A DNA stretch of 64,000 nt from Lingula anatina (lineage: Eukaryota; Animalia; Brachiopoda). Of the stretch, positions 24,001 through 35,608 are shown one piece after another. Below the pieces are notes generated by a model. It worked only from the letters and a program-made list of their open reading frames with translations. It was not told the origin of the DNA and did not search any database. The stretch is taken from the NCBI GenBank assembly GCA_051362555.1, contig CM120648.1, forward strand, positions 8,366,587 through 8,430,586. The letters are read 5' to 3'. Every line of letters starts with the position of its first letter. Positions within the stretch are counted from its first letter, which is position 1. A program made the translations under genes and the position numbers.

Positions 24001-27000
24001 GATGGACCGATCCTGTTAGATCGATCTAGGGATGGGAACCCAGTCTGAATGGTAAAACCCCCTTTACACTGGACGGCGTCCTTTTTGCGTCCTTTCTGCG
24101 ACCAAGAAACTGGGATCGCTGTGGTTGTAGAAAGGAAGCACAAGTATCGCTTTGGTTGCAGAATAAATGATCAATGATCGGCCAGTTGTTGGAACGTAAA
24201 ATATATTTTCTTTTACTCACAAACGGGACCGTACTACGGGGACGCAGAAAGGACGCCGTCCAGCGTAAAGGGGGCATAAGGCTTTTTTTAAGGTTTATCG
24301 ACGTAGATTATATCTTTCTAAATATATATATGTACCTACTGTAAAGATATTTTTAATTATTTTTGTCCAAAGTCGATCCATGTATAAGAGGTAAAAGCAA
24401 ACTGAACTTACCTCTACCGCTAGGGGAGCTGCTGTTATACGTGCACACACCTTCAATACACCACTATGAAAACAGAAAGGAAGGGACAGATATTCATAAT
24501 TATATATATACAATTTTGAAAAAATATCAGTTGTACGAAGTGGCTTGAGGTATTTATTTTTCGCTGTCTGCCACATTCACTTTTGTCTTCTCACCTATGT
24601 AACTACTCTATACCCAAACGCTTACTCAAATGTTTTATGGGTCTTTTAGTTATGAAAGTAGAAAATTTAGACATTTCTCATGCTAATGTTTTTTTTTTTT
24701 TTTTCAGCAAGAATGACGGGAATTTACTCCTAACCAATACACAAAATGAATAAAAGGATAAGATACTGTTGTGGATTCAGTCACTAAAGTTGTTGCCGGT
24801 GTCATGTACCAGAATATGACAGCGAGTCCGCTTCCCATTCATATGTACAGATGAGCCTCGCCATAAAATTTGACCCACTTAGGTCAAACTAACCCCAACC
24901 ATTATAACTATGTGGAGGGCGGACTTTCAGTCACACGGACCCTCAGTTTCGTGAAACCGGTTCATTTGTTGACACTGATTCAATTGCTGGGCTTTGTGGG
25001 TATTTCTGTTATCTTCTTGGGTTCAGATCCTGTGTTGGATTCATTATCTGATATTGTTGCGGGTTCATTTGATGTCACTGTCAGTTGTTGTCGTTGTTGT
25101 TGTTTCTGTTTTTGCCAGCAATATTTTTGTGACAACCTTAATTTTTACCTTATTGTCACCACACTGTGTGCCCCGTGCCGCTCTCAGTCCCGAAGGCTGG
25201 CTACACGATGCCTCGTTTGGGTTATAACAAAACATCCGCACACAGATGTTTGCGTCGGCTGTCGCGCCCTTGATGAAAAATGACAATTACATTTATTATT
25301 ATTTTTATCTGCTTACTTTTACCAGTAGTCACGTCTCCCGGTGACAATGGTTAAGTTTTAACAGCCGACTTTTTCTACAACTACATTTGGCTTATAGTAA
25401 AGGTGCTAAACTGCAAGTAACTGATATATCGGATGCATATGCTGTTTATAACAGATCATAAATTCTTGCATTTCCAATGTGTTTCTGAGTTGAATTTACG
25501 TTCTTTATGTGCGTGCACAGGGGCGGATTTAGGCCGTCTTCTGGGTCTTCCGGAAGACGGTCAGATTTACATTGACGGGTATCTAATTTTTTCTGTTGGA
25601 AGACGGTCAAAAATGGAGGATGGATCAACAAAGATGATTTGGAAGACTGTCAGAAAATATTTCTGAATCCGCCCCTGCGTGCATACATGTAGTTTCCATC
25701 CAATCTACCACTTTTACAAAAAGCCACGAGGAACATCATGCTTTGAAGTGTAAACCAGCGCCATTTTTACTTTAAAAACAAAACGAAGATAAGCAATACG
25801 ACATTAATTATACTCTTTCTACGTTTACTGCTGCAATACACTTGCTGATTGATCATGAACTAAATATTTTTGTAACATTTTAGCAATACTTAAAACAATG
25901 CCATCAATACTGCTCTCCATCACCTATCATTACCACTAGTACTTTCACTTTCACTCCAGCGAGCATCCAAATATATTGTCTCACCACACACTAAAAGTTT
26001 TAGCAGTTTCGACTAGCCACTTTCACTTTCATTTTCAGCAAGTAGCCGTTACTATTGTCTCACCCCACAGTAATAGGAAAGCGGGCCGTATATCTGCCTG
26101 CACTGCTCGTGTGGGGGATACCTTTGTCCCGGTGGCAGGTTCATGTACGCATCCCACTCACTGTCGTTGAAATGAACTGCCTCGTTGAGAAGACAGTTTA
26201 TGTTGTTGCTGACAATAAATAATAATAATAATGATAATAATAATATAAAGACTTAAACCCACTTATGTTCAATAGATTTTTTAAATATTTTTTATTCCCA
26301 ATTTATTTTAATTTATTTTTCTAAAACTTATTCTAAATATGTTATTAATATTGTACATGTATAAAATCAATTTGTAAATAAATAAATAAATGTTGTTTAA
26401 AAGCTAGACTGGAAATCCCTTCTCACGGGGAACAGATGAATCCTCTTTTCAAACGTTACTAATAACTAAGTGTAGATATTCCTGGTCATGTTATCCCATC
26501 TTGTAAAGATCTTAACCCCACAGGGAAATAAGGTGCTCAACTTGAAACTTCCCCTGAGCCCATTCAGTGTGTACAGACAACTTCGAAAAGTGGGACATCT
26601 TAAATGTTTGGGCCCTAAATCATTTATTTGCCAACAAAACCTACACAAATCATACATTTTTTGAAAGAAAATACATGTACCTGTACTCCAGGCCAAATGA
26701 AAATGACCTCAGCTGTGTTTAATGGGGAAGGGGGTCTTACCTGTTCAGATAATTGATACGTCTTCTGAAGTATTCAATGGAACAACTGGAGAAGTAGTAA
26801 GGGTTTAGGTGGGTGAGGGCTGATGTTGCACCGACAGATGGCGCCATAATAAACTGATCTGAAGCAGGACAGGAGTCAGCCGTACCGTCTATTGTCCCGT
26901 CATGCCAAGCGCCAAGACTGAAACCGAAAATCACGAACACGACCACTTGAATAAAGGTTATGAAAGACGCTGTCACTGTTTCAAAAACACACACATGCGT

Positions 27001-30000
27001 ACACGAACGCATGCACATCCACAAACCCACAAAAAAGCACATAGCCTACACAATTTTGGTCAAGAGATATAACTCAACGTGCTGTTATTATTTTCTTAAC
27101 TTTTACTTCTGAAAGACGTTATAGGCAATAAATAAAGGAACAATTGAACAACTTGGCGATTTCTTAATTATATACCGGTAGGCATAACCAATTCTTACTT
27201 GTGTCCTAACTCGTGAGCACACACTGTAATGCTTTTAAACCCTCCAAAATCCTCATTTATGGAATGTTTATTAGACCCACAGATGCCGTTTAAATGAGCA
27301 GTACCTAAAAAAGAACAAAAGAAGAAATTGAATGGCAACACGTAGGTTTCATCTTAGTTATTGTTGCCAACACACAGCAAAACAAACAATTCGCTTTTAC
27401 CCATTGTCTTAGCGAAATAGAGAATTAATTGACTGCATATTCTCAGATATGTCTCCGACTTATTCTGCGCTCATTTCAGTGGAAATTTTAGCCCAGAAGT
27501 GACGTCACCACTTTAGCGGCATGTAGTGGAGAGTATTTCTAAATAAAGTACTTACCGGCCACCGCTGTGTTTCGGGTGCCGTCAGACCTGTAGTTGCGCC
27601 AAAGTTCGTATCTACAAAATAAAACGTACAGCACTTATTGCGACAACATTAATACGAGAGAGAGAGAGAAGTGTTCAAAAGTTATACACTGAAATTACGT
27701 ATTGTTCAAAATACATCAATATTGGTATGGCGATTTTGTCGAAAATGTTCAAATATCTATGCGTTATTTAGGCAGATCAGATCATGCATCCTTAGGCGTG
27801 TCAATGTAAAAAGAGAATCACAAAAAAGGTTCTACAGGAAAATTATGATACTTAAAAGGAAAATTAAAAATAGACAAAAATGAATAAACAAATAATAAAG
27901 CGAAGATGATCATGAAAATTATACTGATCATGAAGATGATCTTGAAAATTACACTGAAACATCATTAATAAATACCCGGTAAACAACATCCCGTGGTCGT
28001 GGTTGGGTACTTCATTCGCGCTCTCTCTCGCATTAAGCCATGTCGTAAAAGCGTTCAAACCATCTAGAGAGTTCAGTTGGCTGTCTTTTATTGTCTCTAT
28101 GAAAGATGCCGACGTTGCATCCTAAAAAGACAATATTTATCAAATATTTTAACTCGCTGGATAGTAAAAGAAATACAAAAAATAATTGAAAAGAAAAAGT
28201 AATATGTTAAAATGAGCTACAGCGTACAAAACTTTGCTTCACAATTATATTGTTAAGCAGTTATATGACGTCATTTCAATGCTTGACGACCACATGACGT
28301 CATGAACGTGCACTTTCCTTCAAATAGCGAAACTTGTGCCCAACCAAAAATGTTACAATGCCATGACAGCGATCATACAAGAAGTGCATTTTAAAAGCAA
28401 ATTAAAAAGGCGAACCCTCATTCATTTATTTGTGCGTGGTAATGCTGCCCGTGCCTTACCTTCAGTATGACGTATCCAACGAGTCTGACATAAATCGAAA
28501 ACTCAGAGTCGTCTATATTTCCGTATCGAATATCAATCTAAAAAAGTACAAATTAAAAAAAATGAGGTAGAATAAACACTTTTTATCGAGGAAAATTAGT
28601 TTAATAAGGCTAGACAATTAAGTAAATTAATGAATGGTAAATAGCTTGTCATGAAAAGACTGAACAAAAACGACACAAAACACACCTTACCCCGTTTGCT
28701 ATATGAGCAAAATAATAGCGAATGTCTTCAATGGCTTTCTGTGCCTTCTCTTGTTCGGTACTACCAGTGCTGGTCGTGTAGTACCTTAAATTATACAATA
28801 CAATGCACTACAATACAATACAATACAATGCAATACAGTATAATTTACAGCACCTATGTGTATAATACATGCGTACGGTGTTACTTTATGTCTGGTGGCC
28901 TGTTTTGCTAGAAGTCGTTTGTTTTCCGGATTACTACTATTTCTTCCAATCGTAAAAGCAGATATTCAGTTATAATTACGGAGGTCAATTTCGCAATTTT
29001 GTACTCAAAACATTTGAAGAATGATCAACTGGTAATAAATAAAGTTGACAAAACTAATAAGGATATTGCCGGAAAAAAATTACTGTCAAGAGATATTTTT
29101 TAAACTTCACAGTGAAAAAACATGTAATTTAAAAATCAAATAGCATGTGCATGATATAAAAAACTGAGACGGAAAGGGCACATATACAAATAACTGAATT
29201 TCAATTAATTTACAAATATTAATATTGAACAGAACAAATACCGTGAATAGATTGCATAGTCAATAACCTCCAGCAATTCGATGCCGAGGTTTTGCGTTGC
29301 TCGTTTGTGTCTGGTAACAGCTTTGGAATCGAAAATGGGTTGTTGGTTTGCTAAATTCCTTTCAAAGATCGCTGAAAAACAAAGAGCAAATAAAAAACTT
29401 CTTTGATTTTACTAAACTGGAAAAGAAAGTACAAACAATCATCAGCTTATAATTTAGTTTTGTAGGGGGTTATAGGCCTAAGTGAGTTTTGCACGTAAAA
29501 GCTGATGTGATAGCTACATTTTTGTTCTGACCCCGACATTTCCCCCCCTCCTCCGAAAAAAAAAATGAATAAAGTATACGAAAATACCACCGATTCTCAT
29601 CTGGACAATAGTAGAATTGCATGAATGTATTTCATAGACACACTTTTCTTTGTGCTAGCATGACTTAGGTAGAACTACATGCACATGTAGGCTACACTGT
29701 AACTTTGTACAAGTGACTAGGTACTCCTAATACTTTTACCATCATTCTGAAAGGCGTAAGGGTCGATGGATTTCAGCATGTGCATGACGTGCCACGTTCC
29801 GCTGTCTTCAGTGTCGTCTGCATTTCTTCTCTTTCTGCGGACCTGCTCCTCGGTGGCTGGACCAATCACAAACTCAGCGCCGTCTATGGTAAAGTGTCCT
29901 TCCTGGGACATATATTGAGTAATTGTCAAAAAATTCCTATAGTCGAAACAATACTACCACACTGGGCGGCGATGCAACAAATAATTATAAAAAATATAAA

Positions 30001-33000
30001 AAGAGACTACATATTTGAGGGAGAAAGGGGTTGTACTTACCAAAATCCTTTCAAATCCGCCATCCGCTGTTGATCTCTTGGTGACAGACATAGCCGCCAA
30101 ATATTTACCATCTTGGTAAAATTGAGTATCCTAATATTTGAAAATAAGCAAAGGTTTTGATCAAACACGTTTCAAGCTGCCCATATTTCGGGGTCATTAT
30201 GTTGGTCTTCCGATGTATCAAGCCAACAAAGTTACCTTGGAAAGAAAGCACATGTAATGAAAACTACTCATGAATTACTGAATTATCAGCATGCAAAGAT
30301 AACATTTATTTCAGTTTACTACTTTTCAAAACTGCTAAAACTTCACACTAAGAAATACAATACATGGTAAATATTTTAGAAATCTAAAAAGAAAGCGGCG
30401 TTTTGATATACTGAAGAACAATCTACACCGCTGATGAAATTAGTTTATTTGCTGAAAATGGTAACAGTAGCACACAGGAAAAGACTCTTTAAAAATATTG
30501 AGAGAATTCCCATGCTATATCGGACTACATGAGTCGGTCCAACTCTGCGGCGGGCTCTCGCCTAGTGCAATCAGCTTAACTGAATAACACGCCTCCTCGA
30601 GCAGCTAGGGGGTTATTAACAGCAATTAACATGAGAGTTAATTACCCTAGCTGCTCGAGGAGACGTATCAGACAATTAAGCTGATTCCGCTGATTGCACT
30701 TAACGAAGGTCTCCGCAGAGTTGGGTCGATTCAAGCAGTCCGATGGTGTGTCCCGAAATGGGGCCATCCTAACTATTAAAAATGATTACATAAACAGACG
30801 AAAAAAGAAAGAAAAAAAAAGAAAAGATAAAACGCAATGAAATTGATCTTGTAAAAAAAATTGCATATTACCTCAACATGGGGTAACTCGAGCTTGTGAA
30901 TCTTCCCGTTCTCCACAACGTACACCGGCGCGTTCATGTTGGTGACGTGGGTTTTCTTTAAGTCTAAAACCAAGCTGCCGTTCAGACTGACCCGCAGACG
31001 ATCAGGGTGGGGCTCGGGCGAACCATAGTCCTGGGATTGAGGTCGAAGGAAAACGAAGTCGTCATCTATTTATGGTAAAGGAAATAGTTTCAAATATAAA
31101 ACATAAAGAGAATAATTTTAAAGTCTAACTCCATATATGAATTGCATAAGAAAAAAGAAATCCTTTATAGAATTTTTAATTTTTACCGTCTCAAACGAAA
31201 TTCACCAGTCTCTATCTCCATAACGAGAGTGACTTTAAAATCTTGGTTGTATGGGTCGTAATTTACCGAACGTTTGGGATAAGAAGTATCTTGATGATTG
31301 AGGAAGTGGAATAATAATTTCTCAGGAGATTAATCTTGTGCTGATTTAAGACTGCTAGTCAAGGCTCACGGTCACCAACATTTCTAGTAGACACATTAAG
31401 ACTTTAGTCTGTACTCCCAGAAATCAGAACAACAATCCGAGGATTACATGTTTTTGCTCGTTGGTATACTTTTAAAATCTTTCGATAAATTTTCATTTAT
31501 TCTCTATGTAAATTTAATTTAATTTAATTTAATTTAATTTAATTTGATTTAATTTAATTTAATTTAATTTAATTTTATAACATTGATTTCCCTTGACGTG
31601 ACTGTTTAGGCACCAATTTGAAAAAAGGCCGTGGCCACGCAAGACGAGGTTGTCGGGGCTTCTCTTCCTAGAAGTAGGTATAATTGTACATGTATATAAT
31701 GTACCAAATTCTTAATCTGTCAGATCTGATAACAGATTACGCCTTCAACCCTTTTCAGACGACATACAATTACATCAACGTCGCTGACGTTTTCCTACGA
31801 ACTTTGGTTTCTGAAAAAAAAAAAAAAAACACCAATGGTCCCCTCTTAAAATAAGAATTTTGACTAGCTGAATCATAGTTCTAAACTGTAACAAATGGCA
31901 CCGTTCGCCCTCTAAAATACCAATTTTTTCGGGGCCCTTTAGCGGACCCCGAATCCCAAGGACATTGAAATACACTGAAATACTTTTCAAGAACTGCATT
32001 ACCAATGAAATGTAAAATTGTAGTTGATAAGATTATAGGTGTCCTTAAAAACTGACGGTGCTGAGGAAAATAATAGCGGCACTTTAAATGTCTTAGCACT
32101 CCGTAGCGTATAAAAGTGTTCACTCTGCTTGGGCTCGGCAATTGATCACTTATGCCCATTGTTTGCAGCGCTATTTGCACAACATATAATACAACAAGGT
32201 TTAACCTGCATTCGGTCGGGGATGACCGTTGCGGCAAAAAGAAAATATAATAAGAACTGTTTTGAAACCACGCGTTGATGGTCAGATAAGGTTAAATTGA
32301 TCGTAAATTTATCACGTGCAAAACATTTTGGACCAATTTTGCAATTTCGGAACAATCGTCAATTGGTTATAGGTTCCATCTTGACACTGAACAATAAAAA
32401 AGGTGACCTTCCTACTTACATTTACTAGAAAAAAAAAAAAAACAAGGGCGGACCCTCTGAACGACACTGCTGCCAAATTCTTTGGTTCGGTTGGACGAAC
32501 ACGGCAGGGAGACAACTCATTTTTTTATTGTTAAGACTTCAAAACAAGATCAGTTCTAGAAAAGCAATATTCTCTCATTATTACACGCACAGCACTTTTC
32601 GCTCTATGGAAGGCTAATTTTGACGTGTTTTTTTCAGTAGTGTTAACGGACAAAATGATCAGAGATTGGACATGAATATTAAAGGGATACGCCTAAAATT
32701 GTCACCTGGTTGCAATTGGGGATTTTAAACCCAATACCGTAGGTTAGTGGAGACGATTTGCAAAGGTGAGGGCAACACCTCCGCTTTGTTATACGGGGGC
32801 ACACATTCAACATCCTAAAATGGTAAAACATTCGAAAATGATATATCATACAATACGTACCCTACGAATAGTGAATAAAAAGATGAAATAAGGGAAATCC
32901 AAATAAACATGTTTACATCCACATGTCCTGCTATACGACGCTGTCACAAAGAAGAAAACATGATTTCATGTGCAATTACCTCTTTAAATTATGATCGTCG

Positions 33001-33936
33001 CCGCTGGGCGGGGTAAATTATTCAATTATAAATTCTCTCGTGATATTATGTAGTTCTTAACCGAATACGCTAGAGCAGTGAGTAGTTTGAACAGTGCCCC
33101 TCTCAGTCTGTAAATGCACTCTTAATTCAGCATAAAAAGAAATCTTTAAATAATCAATTTCTCTCGTTGAAACATTACTGAACGGTTGACATAAACTTCT
33201 TAAATAGGAGATTTAAAGTAGAACAGGTATTATTTGCTGATGAGTCGTTTGCGTGCTTAACTGCAGCTTCTTTTCAACAGTTTGACGTAAACTTTGAGCT
33301 CTTGTCACGGTCTAGAAATTGGAAAGTGAGCAACGGTCAACCGATTCTTTAGGGTTAGAGAACTACGGTTTGTAAATACTAATATTGAATATCAGCCTGT
33401 CAGAAAATAAGTAGACAGGAGAAAGTTATTCACATAAAGGAAAATGAATCTAATAACGGATTGTTGGAGCAACAAAGCAACGATACCGCAATGGAAAAAG
33501 ATCGAGAGACTATCATATCAGAAAATACTGCACACCGACACAAAATTCCTCGATTGAAAAGGCGCCATTATAAGGGAATAATTTCCACCAAAACCCCACT
33601 GCCTAAGAAAAGGGGGGGGGGGGGGGGGCATTCTTGCAACCATAGTAATCGAAACCTCTAACAGATTACCGGTAGCTATATTGGTTAACTTGTAATTGTC
33701 ATTGGGATAACACATGAAACAATTTTAATCCGGACTGGAAAATGCATAATTTCCGCATGTACTTGTAAATTGGAACCCCGTGTAAAATACATACTGTACG
33801 TATAAACACGATCATTTAGGAAATGTCACTCACCTGCTCTGTCGCTTTCTTCCGCTGTCTTTCCAAATGAGGGTGATACAAATAAAGATGTGAAAAGCAA
33901 CCAAAATGTCAGTATTAATAAGTTGCTCTTCTTCAT
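17392..33936 (-). CDS. Membrane-tethered M12B (ADAMTS-like) zinc metalloprotease-mucin-SEA-EGF chimera, 18 exons, ~1907 aa
   Basis: Exons 33936-33834 (signal peptide MKKSNLLILTFWLLFTSLFVSPSFG), 31065-30872, 30130-30041, 29902-29740 (RRKRR), 29371-29242 (RHKR), 28784-28691, 28537-28460, 28121-27976, 27611-27556, 27304-27199, 26917-26741 (HELGHNLGAWHD, Met-turn IMAP), 26208-26064 (PGQRYPPHEQC), 25268-25149, 24463-24412, 23777-23616, 23361-23242, 21834-18732 (mucin, SEA, EGF-Ca) and 18076-17392 (EGF, TM, tail). All are GT-AG, phases concatenate, and the total is 5724 nt. Confidence 0.85.
18225..18400. mobile_element. Partial MITE related to the palindromic element at 30505-30770
   Basis: Internal inverted repeat attgtctgacacgcctcct..aggaggcgtgtcagacaat; similar to 30580-30680. 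Confidence 0.55.
18732..21834 (-). CDS. Giant exon: Thr/Glu-rich mucin tandem repeats, SEA domain and calcium-binding EGF
   Basis: Contains the 1033-aa ORF; 33-aa unit TTMSTTESVTTNEPATTSVTESTTVAEPTTTTE; YTPDLDDPSSSRF..RSGSIIA (SEA); DADECANPDTNDC..CVNQEGGYTC. Confidence 0.92.
22519..23240. repeat. 119-bp tandem repeat, 6 copies (five near-identical, last diverged)
   Basis: Unit starts (cagagggtgagtgc) at 22519, 22638, 22757, 22876, 22995 and 23114. Confidence 0.95.
23810..24045. mobile_element. Harbinger-like MITE relative (similar to 56850-57000)
   Basis: Shared blocks cttaagctgaaa..aatttagc.agaaa..gatcctg.tagatcgat. Confidence 0.55.
24056..24276. mobile_element. PIF/Harbinger-like MITE
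   Basis: TIRs ccccctttacactggacggcgtcc / ggacgccgtccagcgtaaaggggg, with TAA on both flanks. Confidence 0.75.
24763..25112 (-). pseudogene. Degenerate intronic copy of the mucin repeat, interrupted by a 157-bp insertion
   Basis: tactgttgtggattcagtcactaaagttgttgccgg..ttcatttgttg matches 21656-21710 of the mucin exon; insertion at 24800-24956 flanked by CCGG. Confidence 0.75.
25518..25677. mobile_element. MITE with CAGGGGCGGATT TIRs
   Basis: caggggcggatt..aatccgcccctg flanked by duplicated cgtgca; second copy at ~37032-37198. Confidence 0.75.
30505..30770. mobile_element. Palindromic MITE
   Basis: Nested inverted arms (aactctgcgg/ccgcagagtt; ctcgagcagctaggg/ccctagctgctcgag). Confidence 0.65.
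31510..31575. repeat. (AATTT)n microsatellite
   Basis: Direct reading. Confidence 0.9.
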
Positions 33937-35608
33937 TCTTTTAAGGAAATAACGACCTGTCCGTTGCACAGTCACTATCTTTTGCCTCTTCTGACTTTCT
34001 TACATTAGACGCCTCGTTTACTAAAAATCAGCACTTCTTTGAGTGCTGAATTCTATATTCTCACCCGGATCTCGTCCTTTTGTGAAATGACAATATAAAG
34101 AAATTCTTAAGGCTTTTAAAATGTTTATTTTCTGTGTCCTGCAAAAAAGAAAAAAAATTGACACGAATAGGATAGTATTACGCCTCCAGCATTAACGCTC
34201 TGTTTAATAGTACGTTCAGGGTATTGTGATGCGCATGACTGAGGTAGAATACAACACGAGACCAACAGATGTATGAGGAAAAATCTAATAATTTCAGTAT
34301 TAATGACAAAAGGAGAGACTGCTGGGCTTGGTGTGCGGTGCATTTGACTATTGTATTCATTGTGTTATCATAATTTGATGTCGGGTGGAGCTGACTGAAA
34401 AATTACCACCAAAATAGCTGTTTTACGCACCCAGCCGCTAGGATGTAAAAAAATAATTTAAATTATTGTTTTTCTTTTTTTCTTTTTCAAGAGCTTATAA
34501 AATATGTAGGTTTTACCTCCAATACTAGTCAAAAATAAAAAATTAGTTTTCACAGCTGGCCAAGTTGGGCACGGATTTAAAAATTATCGTTATAAATTAA
34601 AGAACAGTCCGGTATAAAAATCCCAGTTACGTCATACTCAAAATCCACCTATTTTTCATTTGATAAGTGTACCAGGTCGGGGTGGTTGGGTAGGGTAGTG
34701 GTAGGGGGTGGACACCCTGGGGCATCTCGCTTTGTTGCACGGCGAATTTCATTGAATACTTCAAAACGGATTTGGGCATCAAGAAACTAGAATCGTTGTT
34801 GCGAATGAAAAAGAAAGGGGGTGGGGGCTCAGCGGTGAAATATACGAGGTTGGGATTGAATGTGTGGAAAGTCCTGGTTGTCTAGCCTTGCTGTACGGTG
34901 AATTATGTCTAACAGCTTTCTGGAATTAACCGATATTTTACAGATCATTGGTTTGCCTGCTTACAAACAGTAAGAATTTATCGGGGAATGGGGCTGTGAT
35001 GGGTGTGATTTCCTATCGCCCCCAAATGAGCCCCTTCAATAACCCCCTCCCCCTTTCTGTGTACCCGCTCCCTGAGAAGTGGTAGTAGATAGAGTTTGGT
35101 TTATTTTAGTTTTTTCAAAAGGACTAAAGGACTTCCACATTTCCATAGAAATTTCGACTTAACAATTAAAATGCAATTTCACTGCATTTTTAATCCGTTT
35201 CACATGAAAATGTCAACTTTTAATTTTTCATTCAGTTAATAGACAGTGTACATAAAGACAGTGTGCGGTATTTAGAAAGTAAAATAACATGCTGAGATAT
35301 ATTGTTCTACGTGGAAAAACAAACGACGAAGATCAAAATTAAGAAATTTTATTACAAAAGCGAAAAACAATGTCCTTTTGATGTGAAATTTGTCGGAAAA
35401 GAAATTTATAGGGTAGATTCATGTAGATCGTCGTACCCACATCAGATTTTAATGTCTACTTATCAACATTTTAATTAATTATTTAATGAATCGTCGTAGT
35501 ATACTACGCCAGTTCAACATGAACTGCATCTGGCATACACAGCCATCTGACTCTCTGCACAAAAAATTAAACGTGTAGGCCTAGTAAGTTTTTCTGCGAT
35601 GGAGATAT

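Noticed and set aside
31186-31345. Possible extra prodomain exon
   Set aside because: An open frame exists but has no phase-compatible acceptor, and exon 33936-33834 already joins 31065 in frame.
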